Assembly (NCBI GenBank): GCA_000993685.1
Contig: LBWP01000006.1
Coordinates: 5,356-69,355 of the forward strand
Source: Candidatus Woesebacteria bacterium GW2011_GWA1_39_21
Lineage (GTDB): Bacteria; Patescibacteriota; Microgenomatia; UBA8517
Direction of reading: 5' to 3'
DNA: 64,000 nt
The notes under the pieces were generated by a model. The model was not told where the DNA came from and searched no databases. It saw only the letters and a list, made by a program, of their open reading frames with translations. Positions 9,672-19,147 of the stretch are shown here, one piece after another (position 1 is the stretch's first letter; every line of letters begins with the position of its first letter). The translations under genes and the position numbers were made by a program.

Positions 9672-11222
9672 TCAATTATATAACCTTACTTCGTAATCTT
9701 CCCCCAACGATTGGCAACTTCCAATTTTTGTGAAGTCGTTGCTTTGGAGATAGCGCTCTATCTGACCACAGGATTTCATCTCTCGTGTTTTTTTGTTTTC
9801 GGGTTCCTGTGGTTTTTTTGCAAGAACCGCGAGCATGGGTTTTTGCGAAACTTGAAGCTCACCTGCAATAATTTTGCCGTATTTACAGCTATTGTGGATT
9901 CCCGGTTCTTCTGTAATAAATGAGCTGGCAGGTTTTAAATCGCTTCTCACTAAATATAACGAAGCGTTATTCCAAAGAAATTTATCGTACGAAAGACGCC
10001 CAACAAAGATTGACTTTCCTGGGACATTGTTCGTTAACCGGCGGCAATCCGATGTTTGCAGATCAATTTGATAACGCGCAAAATTATATCGAGGTACAAG
10101 TATGTATGATACTTTAACATACCAAGCCGCTAACGGTAAAAATGTCAAAAGTATAATGAAAAGCTTCGTTTGACTGAATAAATTTAGTGATTTGTTGAGA
10201 AGCACCCAGATGATACTGACAGCAAACCATAAAGGAACTGCGTGGAGCCAGTCGGATCGACCGATAGCGTAGAGCACAAACACGAGAGGATAGGATAAAA
10301 GGATTACACTACTAAGAAGTTTAGAAAGATGCTGGTTACCAAGCGAAGAAATTGCTATTTTTTTTGAACTTCTGATCAGAAGATATACGTAGATTACGAT
10401 GCAAAGGTAAATAAGTATTTCCGGACGTAACGGGTGTTTTGGAATGGGAAGCGGTAAATCTCTGTAGCTGGTGGTTAAAAATACTGGTATAACAAAGATA
10501 AAATCAATCGCGCTTTTCAAAACATTAAGCTTTTGTAAATAGAATAGCAATAAAGATAAAGATAAAAGATACGCTAAAAGTGAAAGGCGGATGTACCGGA
10601 AAAGTGTAACTAAAACAAAAGCATTTTTTTTCGTTGTGAGTCGGAAAGAGATGAAGATCAAAAAGTAAAGTCCGTGAAGAAATAACATCCAATCCCAGCG
10701 AAACCAAACGCTGGCAAATGTAACGGCGAAAGCAAAGAAGAGTGGTTTGATACTTTGCCGTTTAATGTAGTTTAAAAGCAAAAGAACATTTAATAATAAA
10801 AGCAGTAAAGAGAATGCTTCACTGCTTTCAAAAATTCTGATAACGGCTGATATAAACAAGATAACGATAGCAAGTTGGCAGTACAATCCAACTGTTTTTC
10901 GATTGCGAAAACCTAACATTAGCAGAATTGAAGTTGTCAGCAAAATGTAAAAAAGTGATTGAATAATGTTGTTTTGAATAATTGAAAGATATGGAAAGAT
11001 TTTTCCAAAGACAAGAAAAATACCTGGAGGATAGACAACTGAAAAGTCTCGATACGGAGTTAGTCCTCGTACGATATATATCTTAGAAAGAATTCGCAGA
11101 CTGCCATCAAAAATATCAACTTCGTAGCTGCCGATAATAAAAAGAAAGATTGTATATAGATAGAAGAAAAACGAAAGTAAGAAGAAATATTTTGCAATCT
11201 TGTTAATTGTTTTTTTATCCAT
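9672..11222 (-). CDS. Multi-pass membrane protein, GT-C-like
   Basis: G.TPYRDF..VYPPG motif in first loop, more than 10 hydrophobic segments, soluble C-terminal tail. Confidence 0.65.
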   Translation of the reverse strand: MDKKTINKIAKYFFLLSFFFYLYTIFLFIIGSYEVDIFDGSLRILSKIYIVRGLTPYRDFSVVYPPGIFLVFGKIFPYLSIIQNNIIQSLFYILLTTSILLMLGFRNRKTVGLYCQLAIVILFISAVIRIFESSEAFSLLLLLLNVLLLLNYIKRQSIKPLFFAFAVTFASVWFRWDWMLFLHGLYFLIFISFRLTTKKNAFVLVTLFRYIRLSLLAYLLSLSLLLFYLQKLNVLKSAIDFIFVIPVFLTTSYRDLPLPIPKHPLRPEILIYLCIVIYVYLLIRSSKKIAISSLGNQHLSKLLSSVILLSYPLVFVLYAIGRSDWLHAVPLWFAVSIIWVLLNKSLNLFSQTKLFIILLTFLPLAAWYVKVSYILVPRYNFARYQIDLQTSDCRRLTNNVPGKSIFVGRLSYDKFLWNNASLYLVRSDLKPASSFITEEPGIHNSCKYGKIIAGELQVSQKPMLAVLAKKPQEPENKKTREMKSCGQIERYLQSNDFTKIGSCQSLGEDYEVRLYN

Positions 11223-11280
11223 ACAAACCTACTTTTGGTAATGATATCATGGCCGCATAGAGTGAGTTACAATATAGCAA

Positions 11281-12495
11281 ATGGGATATTACCGAAAAAC
11301 ACTTCACGGCTTAAAGTATCAGACACTAATGCGCGCTTCAATTAGAATTATTGGTTTTATCAAAGTCGCGTTAATAGCACGGATTTTAGGGCCCGTCGAG
11401 TTTGGAATCTTTGGGATAGCAACTCTCTTGATGGGACTATTGGATACTTTCACTGACACGGGGATTAATGTTTTTCTAATTCAGGAGAAGAACAGTTTGA
11501 AAAAATTTCTTGATTCTGCGTTTTTTGTCTCGCTAACGCGGGCAGTTCTAATTGCACTAGTAATTGTTCTTCTTAACCCTTTTGTTAAGCAGTTTTTTAA
11601 CATCAGAAGTACAACACAAACTCTGCTTTTAGTTGCATTGGTCTCACTTTTGCGTGGTCTGATCAATCCTGCGATGGTGCAGTTTGAAAAGAAATTTCAG
11701 TTCGATAAACAGATGACTATCAGAGTGTTTCTATATCTACTTGACGCGATTTTTTCTATTTACTTTTGCTATAAATTCAGGGTTTCTGAAGCGATATTTA
11801 TGGGAATGATCGTTGGTGTCTTTATTGAGATTTTAATTTCCTGGTTTTTTATAAAGCCACGCGCGAAGCTCAAGTTGAATATTTCTCAATTGAAGTATGT
11901 TTTTACGAGAGGAAAGTGGATCACGCTAACGGGTATTTTTAACTATCTTTTCCATAATCTTGATGATATTTTTGTCGGCAGGATTTTAGGAGTTTCAAGT
12001 TTGGGTATATATCAACTTTCGTATAAACTTTCAACGGTTCCGATATACGAGACGGGGGAGATTTTCGGTAGAGTAACGCTTCCCGTGTATTCAAAAATAT
12101 CGCACAGTAAAGAGAGGTTAAAGAAAGCGTTTACAAAAGTAACGTTCGTAATATCACTTTTAGTTATTCCCCTGGGAATACTTTTAATCATCTTCGCCAA
12201 AAATATTGTCATGATTTTCGGCAACCAATGGCTTGAGGCAGTTCCAGTTGTCAGGTGGTTGGCGTTTTTTGGAATATTGAGAGCAATAACGGGTTCCGTT
12301 ACACCGCTTTTTTACGGCATCAAAAAACAGGAATATGCCATGAATTTCATTTTAGTTGGATTAATTGTACTGATTATTACGATATATCCTTTGGTTAAAA
12401 TCTACGGTATTATCGGGGCATGTATTTCTACAATAATTGCAACAATATCCACTATTCCGATAATCATTTTTTATTTAAAAAAGGAGTTTAAATGA
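11281..12495 (+). CDS. wzx: Polysaccharide flippase (Wzx/MOP family)
   Basis: ARILGP.EFG, D..FVGR.LG...LG.YQ, FG.QW motifs; about 12 TM. Confidence 0.85.
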   Translation: MGYYRKTLHGLKYQTLMRASIRIIGFIKVALIARILGPVEFGIFGIATLLMGLLDTFTDTGINVFLIQEKNSLKKFLDSAFFVSLTRAVLIALVIVLLNPFVKQFFNIRSTTQTLLLVALVSLLRGLINPAMVQFEKKFQFDKQMTIRVFLYLLDAIFSIYFCYKFRVSEAIFMGMIVGVFIEILISWFFIKPRAKLKLNISQLKYVFTRGKWITLTGIFNYLFHNLDDIFVGRILGVSSLGIYQLSYKLSTVPIYETGEIFGRVTLPVYSKISHSKERLKKAFTKVTFVISLLVIPLGILLIIFAKNIVMIFGNQWLEAVPVVRWLAFFGILRAITGSVTPLFYGIKKQEYAMNFILVGLIVLIITIYPLVKIYGIIGACISTIIATISTIPIIIFYLKKEFK

Positions 12496-13292
12496 AAGAC
12501 GAGTTAAAAGAAGAAACACTAAAAAAACTGCTTCAGAAATTTTGGTATATCCCCTCTGACGTTGTACTTCGAACATATGAGGCGCTTCTTTGGAATAAGA
12601 TTAAATTTATCCACCCAAACCTCGATGTTGGCTGCGGAGATGGTGAGGTGGACGACTTTCTATTTAAGGGCAAGTATTTTGACTGTGCAATTGACGTTAT
12701 TGAGAGCGATATCCCCAAAGCTCGAAAATTATCAATTTATAAAAAGGTTATTAAGGCCGACGCAAGAGCTCTGCCTTTTAAAAACAATTCTTTTTCACAA
12801 GTGATTTCAAATAGCAGCTTTGAACATATTCAAAATGACGCTAAGGCGATTTCGGAAATTTCTCGTGTATTGAAAAAAGGAGGATTTTTTTGTTTTACAA
12901 CTACAAACAATTTTTTAAAAAAGGAGTTAAAGAAAATTACAGCATCCGACGAAAGGTTTATCAGCTACAACGAAAGAGTGAAACACTTTCATTACAGAAG
13001 TTTACAATCGTGGAAAAAAATTCTTTTTAAAAATGGTCTAAAGATTCGAAAGCATTACTTGTACATGGACGAAGACACAGTGAAAGTTTGGTTTTTATTG
13101 TTTCGCATGTTCACTTTTAAAATAAAGAAAAGAGAGCTATGGTCGTATTTAAGTAGTTCCAAAATCACAAAATTCATTCCTTCGTCGATAGTGGCTAAAG
13201 TGGAGCTTTTTGTACTAAAAAAAGTAGTCAGATTTGAATTTAGCCAAACGCAAGGACATTGGCTTTATATTGAAGCTGTTAAAACTATATGA
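12492..13292 (+). CDS. Class I SAM-dependent methyltransferase (type 11)
   Basis: LDVGCGDG, ADARALPF, SNSSFEHI, RVLKKGG. Confidence 0.85.
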   Translation: MKDELKEETLKKLLQKFWYIPSDVVLRTYEALLWNKIKFIHPNLDVGCGDGEVDDFLFKGKYFDCAIDVIESDIPKARKLSIYKKVIKADARALPFKNNSFSQVISNSSFEHIQNDAKAISEISRVLKKGGFFCFTTTNNFLKKELKKITASDERFISYNERVKHFHYRSLQSWKKILFKNGLKIRKHYLYMDEDTVKVWFLLFRMFTFKIKKRELWSYLSSSKITKFIPSSIVAKVELFVLKKVVRFEFSQTQGHWLYIEAVKTI

Positions 13293-14407
13293 AGATTGCA
13301 GTATTTCATAATTTACCTGTCGGAGGTGCCAAGAGAACGCTCTTTGAGCAGTTAAGTTATCTAATAAAAAGGCACGACGTTGACCTTTACGAATACAACT
13401 CGACAGATGAGACTTTATGGAATCTTAAAGATTTAGTAGCCAACGTTTTTTCTTACACGTTTGAAATCAAGCTAAATAAAAGCGGCATTATTAATAGACT
13501 TATCGCTGACCATAAAAATTTTTTCTTTCTAAATTCTCTCAACAGAAAAATCGCTTCGGACATCGATCATAAAAAATACGATTTAGTTCTTGTGCATGCC
13601 GATCGCTATACGCAGGCTCCTTTTATCTTAAGACATTTGAAAACTCCATCATTATATTTTTGCCAGGAGTATTTGAGGTTGGCTTACGAAAAAGAGGTGT
13701 CCTTTGGAGAAAAATTGACCGGCTTAAATTATCTTTATGAAAAAATCACCAGGTTAATTAGAAAAAATATTGATAAAGAAAATATTGAGTCTGCTGACTT
13801 TGTCGTTTGTAACTCCAACTTTACGAAAAAAAATGGTAACCGCGTTTATCGGCTGAAAAAAACTGCAGTCGATCATTTGGGTGTGGATGTTAAAAAATTT
13901 CATAAGTATGTCGTAAAAAGAAAGAATTATTTATTATTTATCGGCGAAAAAAACTTCGTTAACGGTTATCAACTTATAAAATCGATATCGTCAAAGACCA
14001 AGTGTGAGATTAAGATCTATGGTTATCATCAAGGAGCGCTTAGGGAGACGGATGATCTGAAGTTGGCAAAGATTTATTCCGAGGCGTTTTTAACGCTTTG
14101 TGTATCATATAAAGAACCCTTTGGGTTGGCAGCTTTGGAGTCGATGGCGTGTGCAACGCCGGTTCTTGCAGTCGATGAGGGTGGATATCGTGAGACGCTG
14201 GTCAATGAAGTCAGCGGGTATTTGCTCAAACGCGATGCGGATTTATTTGCAAAAAAAATTAAGGAGCTTCAAAATAACCGGAAACTGTACGAAAAAATGT
14301 CGTCGGCAGCTGTCAAATTGGTTAAAGCTAAATGGACTTGGCAGGTGCATGGGAAAAAATTAGAAGAGTACATGAACAAACTTATATCAACAAACAAGCA
14401 TGAGTAA
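13289..14407 (+). CDS. GT4 glycosyltransferase
   Basis: N-terminal GGAKR; EPFGLAALESMACATPV. Confidence 0.9.
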   Translation: MKIAVFHNLPVGGAKRTLFEQLSYLIKRHDVDLYEYNSTDETLWNLKDLVANVFSYTFEIKLNKSGIINRLIADHKNFFFLNSLNRKIASDIDHKKYDLVLVHADRYTQAPFILRHLKTPSLYFCQEYLRLAYEKEVSFGEKLTGLNYLYEKITRLIRKNIDKENIESADFVVCNSNFTKKNGNRVYRLKKTAVDHLGVDVKKFHKYVVKRKNYLLFIGEKNFVNGYQLIKSISSKTKCEIKIYGYHQGALRETDDLKLAKIYSEAFLTLCVSYKEPFGLAALESMACATPVLAVDEGGYRETLVNEVSGYLLKRDADLFAKKIKELQNNRKLYEKMSSAAVKLVKAKWTWQVHGKKLEEYMNKLISTNKHE

Positions 14408-14789
14408 AGTTAGCTCAAGAAAAAAAATATTTTGGTTACTTTTTGGAATTTGGGTGTTTGTATTTTTAGTTGTTGACGCCTTTCGGGTTTTTAAAAAGAC
14501 TGTTTCAAAAATATACGAGGGAAATATACAAAAAGTCCAAAGTATGAGTGTGGATGAATTGTCAGCTTTGGCAAAAAGCAGAATTAAAAAGGGAAACTCT
14601 GTAGTTTTTCTTTCCGACGACGGCCTGGCGTACATGTATTTCAATCTGCTTTCCTATCCTCTGGTTGCGAAGTGGAGCACTGATTACACAGCCGTTGAAT
14701 TAAGGGATTGGGATTATCTTGTCGTTTATGACACGGTTAATATGTTTCAACTAAGAAGCGGACTATACTCGAAAAATGATTTTAATTAA
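14400..14789 (+). CDS. Hypothetical membrane-anchored protein
   Basis: ORF overlapping both neighbours; single N-terminal hydrophobic helix. Confidence 0.55.
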   Translation: MSKVSSRKKIFWLLFGIWVFVFLVVDAFRVFKKTVSKIYEGNIQKVQSMSVDELSALAKSRIKKGNSVVFLSDDGLAYMYFNLLSYPLVAKWSTDYTAVELRDWDYLVVYDTVNMFQLRSGLYSKNDFN

Positions 14790-16122
14790 ATTTGTCATTG
14801 CCATAATTTTTACCTTCTTTGCCGGTGCTTGCGTATTCAGGTTATTTATGAAGGACAAAAGTGTTTCCGGACTTTTGTTTATCGCCACTTCTTTTTTCAT
14901 CGGCATGTCGGCAATTTCATTTCAGATGCAGCTTTATTCGCTTGTTGGGATACAATTTAGCGCTTTAAAATTGGGTCTACCATGGCTTATATTTCTACCA
15001 CTTTTCTTGAAAGAGAAGTATCTTTTTAAAGTTAAAATCAACTTGCGCAAAGTAGATAGTCCGCTTCTTTTGTTTTTTCTTTTGATAACTGTCTTTCAAC
15101 TCTCGCTGATTTTTTTGCGATTTTTTTTGCACAGAAATGCAATCGGATGGGACGGAATAAGCATTTGGTATTACAAAGCAAACGCTTTTTTTGTTGATAA
15201 AACAATTGATTTTAGCATTTTTACGAACCCGCTATTGGGCCAAGAAGGTTTAACCGATACATATATCCGTTCAAGTTACCCGCTTTTTCTGCCGTTATAT
15301 TTGGCGTTTATCTTTTTGACGATCGGAAAGTTCAGCATTTTTTTCGGAAACATAATTTGGATATTATGCTATCTCTTACTTTTAGTTGTCCTTTACAAAT
15401 TTTTGCTGCGCCGTTTTAATTTTTCTTTTGCTGTTCTTGGAATTTTTTTGTTAGTTTCGCTTCCCGCCAATTTTGATCATTTGGCGGGAAAATACGCCGG
15501 CTACGCCGATTTAATTCTAATGTGTTTTGCAACGACGGGTGTTATTTTTTTTCTGGAAGGGATTTTTCGTAAAAAACTGTATTATCTTTCAATCAGCCTA
15601 CTTTTGGCTTCTGCCGCTGCAAATATTAAGGAGGACGGAATGGTATTTTTGGCAGCGATAGCGATAATGTTTACCCTAACCTCTTTTGCAAAAAGAAAGT
15701 TTACAAACTTAAAATATTTAGCAGTTCCGCTTTTGATTGTTTCCCCCTGGTATGTTATTCGGGACATCTTGCGTTTCCCTTCTCTTCTCGACGCATCGAG
15801 CGGGGTGCATTTTGACAGGTTGGCGACAATTGTTGTTGTAATATTTCAACAATTTTTTGATGTTGGAAATTTTCTTTTTTTGTTCCCCCTGTTTCTGCTT
15901 ACGCTTGTCTTTTCCTACAGGGTTATTTTTAAACAATATTATGTCTATCTACTTGTTGTGATTGGCATGGTAATTGCTTGCTACGTTATAATCTTTATGT
16001 TAACACCGCTTGATCCGGTAAGGCACATCAACTCGCTTGCCGATCGGATTTTGTATACCGTTTCTCCTTTGATGATCATCTTTATCTTGCAAACCTTTTG
16101 GAATAGCTATATAGAAAAATAA
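14776..16122 (+). CDS. Multi-pass membrane protein, GT-C-like
   Basis: WD..IW..KA loop motif, SYP, YAD, KEDG; about 12 TM. Confidence 0.65.
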   Translation: MILIKFVIAIIFTFFAGACVFRLFMKDKSVSGLLFIATSFFIGMSAISFQMQLYSLVGIQFSALKLGLPWLIFLPLFLKEKYLFKVKINLRKVDSPLLLFFLLITVFQLSLIFLRFFLHRNAIGWDGISIWYYKANAFFVDKTIDFSIFTNPLLGQEGLTDTYIRSSYPLFLPLYLAFIFLTIGKFSIFFGNIIWILCYLLLLVVLYKFLLRRFNFSFAVLGIFLLVSLPANFDHLAGKYAGYADLILMCFATTGVIFFLEGIFRKKLYYLSISLLLASAAANIKEDGMVFLAAIAIMFTLTSFAKRKFTNLKYLAVPLLIVSPWYVIRDILRFPSLLDASSGVHFDRLATIVVVIFQQFFDVGNFLFLFPLFLLTLVFSYRVIFKQYYVYLLVVIGMVIACYVIIFMLTPLDPVRHINSLADRILYTVSPLMIIFILQTFWNSYIEK

Positions 16123-16126
16123 CGAT

Positions 16127-18370
16127 ATGAAAAAACCTGATCTCTCGATAATATATGTTAACTACAATAGTCTGACCGATCTTTCACAATCAATTAGGTC
16201 ATTAATAAAATACGGATTTAAAAAGAATTTGGAAATTATCGTCGTTGATAATGGTCACTCTAAAGAAATCAAAAAAATTCTTTCGCAATTCCACACTAAG
16301 GTAAAGTTAATTAGAAGCAAAATTAATGGCGGCTATGGGGCCGGAAATAATCTAGGTGCGCTCATCTCAGTTGGAAAATACTTGCTATTTCTTAATCCCG
16401 ACACCGAAATGAAAAAGGGGAGTATTGACGTGCTTTATAACTTTTTAGAAAAAAACGACGACGTTGCAATTGTTGCACCAAACCTTGTTGATACAAGGGG
16501 AATTGTCTTTAAACAACTTGGCTCACGAAAGTTGACACCACTAAGAGGAATATTTTCATTATCGATTATCAACAGACTCTTTTCCGGTAACCCAATTGCG
16601 AAAAATTACAACCTCCTGGACAAAGATTTTAACAAAGTCCGTGAAGCAGACGTTGTCCCCGGTTCCGCGTTTATGATAAGAGCCTCGGTCTTTAAAAAAG
16701 TCGGCGGCTTTGATAAGCGGTTTTTTATGTACTTTGAGGAGTCGGATCTTTGTCTTCGCGTCAAACAGTTGGGGTACAAAATTGTTATCATACCGACTTC
16801 CGAAATTGTCCACAAGTGGAGTGACAGACAAAATAAAAAATTAAAAAAATATTTTTACAAAAGCCGTTTTTATTATTTTAAGAAACACTTCGGAGTGGTT
16901 GCCGCTTCGTTTGTCGAATTCATCTGCCGCTTAACCAAATATGATTTGGTATTCATCTTAATTTTCGCACTGGGCGCGTATCTGAGGTTTTATATGTCTA
17001 ACAAACTTTTTTATCTTGATTCGGAGGTTGCCGATAATTTGCTAGACATAAAAAACGCCTATTTAAGTAATAGCATCCCATTAATCGGTCCGCCAACTTC
17101 TCATCCTTGGTTGAACTTTGGTCCACTTTTCTATTGGATATATGGCCCTATTTTGATTTTTTTTAAGTTTAATCCGGCAACCCACATGTACTTTGGGCTG
17201 CTTGTTAGCTGTCTTGCAATTTTCTTGAACTACTTTGTTGTAAAACGCTTTTGGGGTTCTAAAATCGCAGTTTTGTCATCGCTGATTATTTCACTATCAC
17301 CGTTTTTATTGGGGTATGCATACCTTGGTAGATTTTATACATACACAGTAACTTTTTCATATCTAACACTATTTCTGCTTTTAAAGTTTTTAGATACGAA
17401 AAAAGGTCTTTTCTGGCTTTTTTTCAGTGTTGGATTGCTTTTGAACTTTCATTATTCGACACTTGTTTTGGCTCCAGCGATTCTTTTGCTTATTACTCTG
17501 CGTAAGATTAAGCTCTCGTTTAAGGATTTATTTATCTTACTCATTGCTGTCTTGTTGCCGCTCTCCCCACTTTTTATATATGATGCTCAAAATCATTTTG
17601 TCATGTTACAAAAATTGTTTTTATGGTTTCCATATCGGGTTTTGAGTGTTTTTTGGGTAATTAATGCGGGAAATGTTCCACAAGACGCGTTAGTTTCCGG
17701 ATACCAAATGTTTTTCGGATTTGTCGGAAATCTTTTGTCTTTTGAAGACGTTAAAACACTCCACATTTTGGCAGCATTGACTGTCTTTACGCTGTTACTT
17801 TTTACACTGATTAAATTCACGAAACTGGGAAAATATTCGCAAAACCTTATAATTATCTCCGGAAGTTCTTTGTTCTTACTGACTTTACACGGCGAGACAC
17901 CTAATCATTACTTTCTCTTTATCTCTCCATTTATTTTAATTTTGATAACGGTTGCACTAGTTAGACTTTTTCCGCGGAGAATATCGCTCTTTCTTCTACT
18001 TTTGATTTGTTCAGTGTTATTTTTTAACATCGTACTTTATCTCAAATTGAGGCAGAACAAAGTGATAACGACCTATTTTCAACAAAAACAAGTAGCAACG
18101 TTTTTGGTTAATGACAGTAACTCAAAAGCAATCTGGCTAAGAAGAATCGGTGAAAACGACCAGTTTGATGGAGATTTCGCGCAAAATTATGATTATCTTT
18201 TGTGGATGTTTGGAAACGAACCGGTAAGGTTGGGTAATCTGACCAATAGTCAAAAAAATCCACAAGTTGAATATATAATAGTGGAAGATAAGTCGTTTGA
18301 AGACAAAGCCTTTGTATCGATGCAAAAGTATTCAGTGTCAGGTGTAACAATTTTAAAAAAGAATTTATGA
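16127..18370 (+). CDS. GT2 (rhamnosyltransferase-like) fused to a GT-C/ArnT-PMT-like membrane domain
   Basis: N-terminal IIYVNYN, VVDN, LNPD, GGFD.RFFMYFEESD; C-terminal LRF...D, P.IGP.TS, GPLFY and multiple TM. Confidence 0.8.
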   Translation: MKKPDLSIIYVNYNSLTDLSQSIRSLIKYGFKKNLEIIVVDNGHSKEIKKILSQFHTKVKLIRSKINGGYGAGNNLGALISVGKYLLFLNPDTEMKKGSIDVLYNFLEKNDDVAIVAPNLVDTRGIVFKQLGSRKLTPLRGIFSLSIINRLFSGNPIAKNYNLLDKDFNKVREADVVPGSAFMIRASVFKKVGGFDKRFFMYFEESDLCLRVKQLGYKIVIIPTSEIVHKWSDRQNKKLKKYFYKSRFYYFKKHFGVVAASFVEFICRLTKYDLVFILIFALGAYLRFYMSNKLFYLDSEVADNLLDIKNAYLSNSIPLIGPPTSHPWLNFGPLFYWIYGPILIFFKFNPATHMYFGLLVSCLAIFLNYFVVKRFWGSKIAVLSSLIISLSPFLLGYAYLGRFYTYTVTFSYLTLFLLLKFLDTKKGLFWLFFSVGLLLNFHYSTLVLAPAILLLITLRKIKLSFKDLFILLIAVLLPLSPLFIYDAQNHFVMLQKLFLWFPYRVLSVFWVINAGNVPQDALVSGYQMFFGFVGNLLSFEDVKTLHILAALTVFTLLLFTLIKFTKLGKYSQNLIIISGSSLFLLTLHGETPNHYFLFISPFILILITVALVRLFPRRISLFLLLLICSVLFFNIVLYLKLRQNKVITTYFQQKQVATFLVNDSNSKAIWLRRIGENDQFDGDFAQNYDYLLWMFGNEPVRLGNLTNSQKNPQVEYIIVEDKSFEDKAFVSMQKYSVSGVTILKKNL

Positions 18371-19143
18371 GCAAAATCAGTGTCGTAATTTTAACCCACA
18401 ATTCGGGGAGTGTGATTGGACCGCTCTACCAATCGCTTAAAGAGTTTGATGAGGTCCTTGCTATTGATGATAACTCCTGCGATCAGACAGAAAATATTTG
18501 TAAGCGTTTAGGTATCAGATATTTCAATCACACCCTCAACGGCGACTTTTCCGCACAAAGAAATTTCGCTCTAACAAAATGTAGCTACGACTGGGTGTTT
18601 TACATTGATAGTGACGAGACGGTTAATGAGAATTTTGTGGACGAGATTAAAAGGTTAGCCGGTAACAACAATTTTGCAGGCTATTATGTTACGCGAAAAG
18701 TTAATTTTTTAAATCATGTCATGATTGCTACGGAAATGGGAAATGACAAGTTGGTTCGCGTTGGTTTAAAAAATTCTGGTAAGTGGGTTCGGCGCGTGCA
18801 TGAAGTTTGGAAGATTAACGGAAATCTGGGTGAAATTAACACGCCGCTTATTCATAATACTGCACTTACGCTTCACAAATTTATCGAAAAGCTAAACTGT
18901 TATTTCAGGCTTCATGCACAAGAAAATCTAAACGCAGGGAAAAGTGTCAGCTTTTCTAAAATATTATTTTTTTCGCTTGGAAAATTTTTTAAAAATTATA
19001 TATTTCTTCGTGGATATCGTGATGGTACGCATGGCTTCGTCGCAAGTGTTCTCATGTCGCTTCATACATTTCTTTCCTGGTCGTACGCTTGGCTTCAAGG
19101 AAATATTCAGAAAGGTAACAGGGGTGATAAACTTTCAGTGTAG
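18367..19143 (+). CDS. GT2 beta-1,4-glucosyltransferase-like (WaaE/KdtX-like)
   Basis: DFSAQRNFAL, WVFYIDSDE, VHE, GY.DG..G motifs. Confidence 0.85.
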   Translation: MSKISVVILTHNSGSVIGPLYQSLKEFDEVLAIDDNSCDQTENICKRLGIRYFNHTLNGDFSAQRNFALTKCSYDWVFYIDSDETVNENFVDEIKRLAGNNNFAGYYVTRKVNFLNHVMIATEMGNDKLVRVGLKNSGKWVRRVHEVWKINGNLGEINTPLIHNTALTLHKFIEKLNCYFRLHAQENLNAGKSVSFSKILFFSLGKFFKNYIFLRGYRDGTHGFVASVLMSLHTFLSWSYAWLQGNIQKGNRGDKLSV

Positions 19144-19147
19144 TAGT

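Noticed and set aside
18944..19147. N-terminal extension of the 567-aa ORF
   Set aside because: It overlaps the upstream GT2 gene by 200 nt; ATG 19148 just after the upstream stop is more plausible
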